Origin: Enterobacteria phage CHB7
Sequence record: MK562504.1
Reading direction: 5' to 3' (one strand)
DNA length: 64,000 nucleotides
Positions 60,454-64,000 of the stretch are shown in pieces; within the stretch, counting starts at the first letter, position 1, and each line of letters opens with the position of its first letter. The notes beneath the pieces were generated by a model, which saw nothing but the letters and a program-made list of their open reading frames with translations, was not told the origin of the DNA and made no database searches. A program made the position numbers and the translations under genes.

Positions 60454-60719
60454 TGCTGCTTATTCCCTAACAAAATCATATCAATCAAATTATTGGCTTT
60501 CATCGTACATTGATAGTACCCATCACGATAAAATTCAAGGGCTTGTGACAAGTCTGTGCCTGTATTACCCTTGACAACATAGCGTGCTTCTTCTTGAGTG
60601 TACTTATCACTTTCACTTACTTGGGAGTTTTTGAACGTAGAGTTCACTTTGTTCATTGAACACCCTGACATAAGTATCAGTAGCACAAATGTTATAAAAC
60701 TCTGGCTTAGTCTTTTCAT
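60450..60719 (-). CDS. lipoprotein (possible o-spanin)
   Basis: Signal peptide with lipobox LMSGC; AAGAGG RBS; start lies inside the upstream membrane-protein gene in a different frame. Confidence 0.5.
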   Translation of the reverse strand: MKRLSQSFITFVLLILMSGCSMNKVNSTFKNSQVSESDKYTQEEARYVVKGNTGTDLSQALEFYRDGYYQCTMKANNLIDMILLGNKQQ

Positions 60720-60960
60720 ATGTCAATACCTCTTTTGTGTGTTTGTTTTTAGCAAGCACATCTTTCAAATCATTTTTGTAATTGGAGCTAAGATTTGCTA
60801 AACCTTCTTGGTAAGCATCCTTAGCAACGCTTATAAGCTTCTGGTTAGTCAACTCTGTCTGAGTAACTTGGTAATCCTTGTAAGAATAACCTCCCCAGAC
60901 ACCTACACCAATCAGAAAAACAACTATGAAAGCTGCTTGACAGAACTCTTTAAATGTCAT
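60613..60960 (-). CDS. membrane-anchored periplasmic protein (possible i-spanin)
   Basis: N-terminal TM helix AAFIVVFLIGVGVWGG; strong AGGAGA RBS. Confidence 0.5.
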   Translation of the reverse strand: MTFKEFCQAAFIVVFLIGVGVWGGYSYKDYQVTQTELTNQKLISVAKDAYQEGLANLSSNYKNDLKDVLAKNKHTKEVLTYEKTKPEFYNICATDTYVRVFNEQSELYVQKLPSK

Positions 60961-60978
60961 TTGTTAATCTCCTAAAAC

Positions 60979-61001
60979 GAAAAAGGCTCCCGAAGGAGCC
61001 T
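60979..61001 (-). terminator. rho-independent terminator
   Basis: Minus-sense AGGCTCC-TTCG-GGAGCCT followed by TTTTTCGTTTT. Confidence 0.65.
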
Positions 61002-61012
61002 GTATCATAACC

Positions 61013-61477
61013 TTAACCGAGGACTTTAGCAAGGACATTTGCAGCCATCGTTGAAGCTTTTGCAGCAGCAGCTACGCCAGCCTTGATAGTGCTATCCTTA
61101 ATGGCAGATACCGTTGCAGCATCAGTAAAGAGATACGTGGTAGTTTGTGAACCACTTGTAAAGGAAAGCATAAGAGCAGTTTCCAGATTGAAAGAACGGT
61201 ACGGAGCACCGGACTGTACAATTCCTTTAGCACCTAACTCTGAAGCCATACCCATATCATAGATGGTCATCAGGTTTTCTTTATGTGCTGTAGTAGAACC
61301 GACACCTTTAACGTGTTTTGAAACGTTCAGCAGAGCACGATATTCACGGATATCACCATCAGCTTTTACGTTGACAGCACGAAAGATTTTGCCATCAAAG
61401 TTACTTTTAATGATATCACGAACAACCTGTGATTTGTTTGCTGATGCGTCGATAGCTACTGTAATAATGTTTTGCAT
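61013..61477 (-). CDS. hypothetical protein
   Basis: 154 aa ORF. Confidence 0.5.
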   Translation of the reverse strand: MQNIITVAIDASANKSQVVRDIIKSNFDGKIFRAVNVKADGDIREYRALLNVSKHVKGVGSTTAHKENLMTIYDMGMASELGAKGIVQSGAPYRSFNLETALMLSFTSGSQTTTYLFTDAATVSAIKDSTIKAGVAAAAKASTMAANVLAKVLG

Positions 61478-61489
61478 GATTTCTCTCTC

Positions 61490-62185
61490 TTAGTGTTTGA
61501 TAAGCATTGTGTTAATGTCTGGAAGGATTCGTTTAACCTTCTCAACATTCCTTACTGTATCTTCTATAAAGCATACTACCTCATAGTACGGAAGAATGCA
61601 AGACTGAATCATACGAACTTTCAAACTTTCTGCACTGATTCTGTTTGAACCAAAACCACGCATAAAAAGCATGTAGTCAGTCACAATATGTTTGTCAATA
61701 AACAAATGAGTTGGTACACGTTGAGACTCACCACGGGCAGTTAAAACACCAATTGCAGCACTCTTATGAATGCCTGAGATGATGTTAAAGATGTACGTAG
61801 GTTGAGCATCAACTGACTCAATCAAGTTTGTATACTGTGATAAAGTGCCATCTTCCAGATACGTTGAATTTGTTGGCTTATCAAACTTAGTGAGAACACC
61901 ATCAATATCTGTTAAAACCATTGGCTTTTTCATATCAAGGTCTTTTGCAACCAAGATTAAGCTGTCACGTTTAACGGCTACTGACTTACCTGTTTGAAGG
62001 TCTGTACAGAGAACTGTTTCAGCAGGTGAATGAAAATCTTTGAAGTCACACTCAACAGCCCTTGCAGTATCTGCAAAATCCTCTTTCATAAGGTCTGTCC
62101 AGCTTGCAGCACTGATATCTATAGCCAGAGGATTGATATCGTAAGCGTGACAAAATACCTTATCCAATTGTTTTAATTCGCTCAT
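61490..62185 (-). CDS. HAD-family phosphatase-like protein
   Basis: MVLTDIDGVLTKF matches HAD motif I (DxDG); ATG at 62183-62185 preferred over track TTG start. Confidence 0.5.
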   Translation of the reverse strand: MSELKQLDKVFCHAYDINPLAIDISAASWTDLMKEDFADTARAVECDFKDFHSPAETVLCTDLQTGKSVAVKRDSLILVAKDLDMKKPMVLTDIDGVLTKFDKPTNSTYLEDGTLSQYTNLIESVDAQPTYIFNIISGIHKSAAIGVLTARGESQRVPTHLFIDKHIVTDYMLFMRGFGSNRISAESLKVRMIQSCILPYYEVVCFIEDTVRNVEKVKRILPDINTMLIKH

Positions 62186-62711
62186 GTTTAACCTTTTTGA
62201 TGTTTGTTGCAAACTCACATTGAGCAAGCACCTTCATGTTATTGTACACATCTTGAGAGTATTGTCTAGCTTTTGGAATGCGGTATGAGTATCCTGCATT
62301 ATATGAAGCTAAGACACGCTGTAAAGAGTATTTCCCATTAGGATTACCATGAACCTTAGTCCAGAACTGAAGCTCTTTGTGTGTCTCCTTTGCAGCATAA
62401 TCGAAGTCTCTGATAAGTTTCTTCTTAGCTACGTTTGGGCTAACTTTGTTACGCTTTACAACAGTCTTCAAGTGATTCTGGAACAACCCATAATCGTGAG
62501 TCTTTTTATTTTCAAGACGAAGACCTAACTCTGACTCTTGTAAGGCTATAGCGGCTAAGGTTAATCCCCAACCTTTACCCATCTCTTTCTCACCGTAGTG
62601 ATAAGCTTTAAGCATGTTTGTTTTCTGACTGATGGATAATTCTGGACAGTCTGAAGCGACTGCCAAATGTGCTGTTAAGAATAAGCACAAACCTAAAATG
62701 AACTTCTTCAT
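62160..62711 (-). CDS. secreted lytic transglycosylase (SLT-domain) protein
   Basis: Signal peptide; catalytic-type QESELG and later YGLFQ, ASYNAG motifs; strong AGGAGA RBS. Confidence 0.65.
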   Translation of the reverse strand: MKKFILGLCLFLTAHLAVASDCPELSISQKTNMLKAYHYGEKEMGKGWGLTLAAIALQESELGLRLENKKTHDYGLFQNHLKTVVKRNKVSPNVAKKKLIRDFDYAAKETHKELQFWTKVHGNPNGKYSLQRVLASYNAGYSYRIPKARQYSQDVYNNMKVLAQCEFATNIKKVKHERIKTIG

Positions 62712-62770
62712 TGGTTCTCCTGTTTAGTTCAACATGCAAGCAATTATACACTACTCTGCACAAAACACAA

Positions 62771-62797
62771 ATAAAAAAGGCTGCCGAAGCAGCCCTT
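62771..62797 (-). terminator. rho-independent terminator
   Basis: Minus-sense GGGCTGC-TTCG-GCAGCCT followed by TTTTTTATTTG. Confidence 0.7.
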
Positions 62798-62811
62798 TAA
62801 GAATTTACTTA

Positions 62812-63921
62812 TTAGATTTCACGTTTACGTTGAGAAATCAGTTCACCAGCAGTGCCTACAACAACATGCAGTGCTTCAGATTTGCCATCCCACTCTTTGA
62901 CAACCTGACGCTGACCATTCACGATTGCTGCAACTTCATAACGAGAAGCTCGCATTTTCATATCTTGATAGTCAGTTGGTACAGATACAACGTCTCGTGG
63001 ATGTACACGAACTTTCAGGATAGTATCACCAGAGAAGCTACGTACATAATCCCAAGCACCAACATGCAGACCTTGAGAGCAAGTTACTGTACGGTCATTA
63101 TCAACCATCCAGCGTGGCATCTCTACAACGTTACCCAAATCATTAGGAACTTTGCAGGTACGGGAGTCAAACAGCTTACCACCACGAGTTGTAACTTTCT
63201 TCCAACCGATGATATAACCTTCTTCATCAATCTCAACGTCAAGGTGAGATACAAAGCCCCAAAGTTGTTCTACAGAATCTTTGGATGGGTTTTCCATCAG
63301 TTTTTCGAAGAATGCAACCAGACGTTTAAAGCCATCATCACCAACTTTCATCATATCCAGAATACGGTCTACCAGAGTGGAACGCATTTGAACAGCACCG
63401 TAGTACAGGTTATCGCCTTTGATGGTGATTGCACCCTGAGTGAAGTTCTCGATAGACTTACGAATGTTCATCAGTTCGAAAGCTTTCTTGTACTCACCAC
63501 CTACAACAGCCATCACGATTTCTTTGTAGTTTGGATGGGTAGACTCAACGATTTCAGAATCTGCACCGAAAGTCATGATAACAGAATCACCAGTAATCAT
63601 GTACTCAATCTGGTTACCGTTCTGCATTGCTTCGTGCAGTTGGTTAACAGGTTCTTTCTTCACTGCCTCTTTAACAGCCTTGGCAACTGGCTTAGTAGCC
63701 GTTTTCTTAGCAGACTTTGCAATCTGTTTCAGAGTCTGTTTAGCTGGCTTGGAAGTTGCTTTCTTAGCACCTTTCAGGGTTGCTTCGTGACGTTCTACAG
63801 CACGACCAACGGAACGAGTAGAAGTATTATACTTCATTGCAATGGCAGTTTTGGTCAGTTTACCTTCCTGAACCAGTGCATAGATTTCTGCGTCGATTTG
63901 TGCTTTAGTTTTAGTAGTCAT
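62812..63921 (-). CDS. hypothetical protein with N-terminal HTH-like segment and Lys/Ala-rich linker
   Basis: 369 aa; MKYNTSTRSVGRAVERH then KKATSKPAKQ... basic linker. Confidence 0.5.
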   Translation of the reverse strand: MTTKTKAQIDAEIYALVQEGKLTKTAIAMKYNTSTRSVGRAVERHEATLKGAKKATSKPAKQTLKQIAKSAKKTATKPVAKAVKEAVKKEPVNQLHEAMQNGNQIEYMITGDSVIMTFGADSEIVESTHPNYKEIVMAVVGGEYKKAFELMNIRKSIENFTQGAITIKGDNLYYGAVQMRSTLVDRILDMMKVGDDGFKRLVAFFEKLMENPSKDSVEQLWGFVSHLDVEIDEEGYIIGWKKVTTRGGKLFDSRTCKVPNDLGNVVEMPRWMVDNDRTVTCSQGLHVGAWDYVRSFSGDTILKVRVHPRDVVSVPTDYQDMKMRASRYEVAAIVNGQRQVVKEWDGKSEALHVVVGTAGELISQRKREI

Positions 63922-63964
63922 CTTATTACTCTCTCTTGTTAGTTAATATTACTTAGTGGTTCGT

Positions 63965-63993
63965 ATTCTAAGGGGCTTTGCAGCCCCTGTCAA
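63965..63993 (-). promoter_or_regulatory. sigma70 consensus-like promoter (TTGACA-17-TAGAAT) with hairpin-forming spacer
   Basis: Minus-sense TTGACA 63988-63993, TAGAAT 63965-63970; spacer GGGGCTGCAAAGCCCCT is a perfect hairpin. Confidence 0.6.
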
Positions 63994-64000
63994 ACTATTT

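Noticed and set aside
62734-63942. 402 aa plus-strand ORF
   Set aside because: Antisense to the 369 aa minus-strand gene that has an RBS, a consensus promoter and a terminator; low-complexity Cys/Phe-rich translation.

Overview
The whole window is phage DNA with no host flank: a virulent tailed phage with a contractile-tail (myovirus-type) morphogenesis module. Plus strand 940-10780 carries replication and nucleotide-metabolism genes (T7-like family A DNA polymerase, HNH endonuclease, ATP-dependent DNA ligase, DHFR, thymidylate synthase). Minus strand 11468-34715 is a complete structural operon (terminase large subunit, portal, protease/scaffold, lambda-E-like capsid, sheath, tube, tape measure, baseplate, tail-collar fibers). 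34937-40625 is a minus-strand cluster of about 27 tRNA genes with embedded small ORFs, driven by a consensus sigma70-like promoter. 43051-51021 is a plus-strand block of hypotheticals including a T4-type lysozyme. The overall content (many tRNAs, DHFR plus thymidylate synthase, free-standing HNH) is reminiscent of Felix O1- or T5-like lytic phages, but that is inference only. Most interesting for follow-up: (1) a minus-strand array of 15 small genes at 52748-58220, each preceded by one of a few conserved promoter/hairpin/RBS cassettes; (2) a 1.6 kb ORF-free, repeat-dense region at 51060-52685 bounded by convergent terminators, with a phased iteron-like TAACA array; (3) a perfect 127 bp tandem duplication that frameshifts a tail-collar fibre gene; (4) a TARG1/DarG-like macro-domain protein; (5) three standard-length tRNAs carrying Leu anticodons, plus other atypical tRNA-like elements. 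All coordinates were derived by hand; tRNA ends are approximate to a few nt and anticodons are manual inferences.
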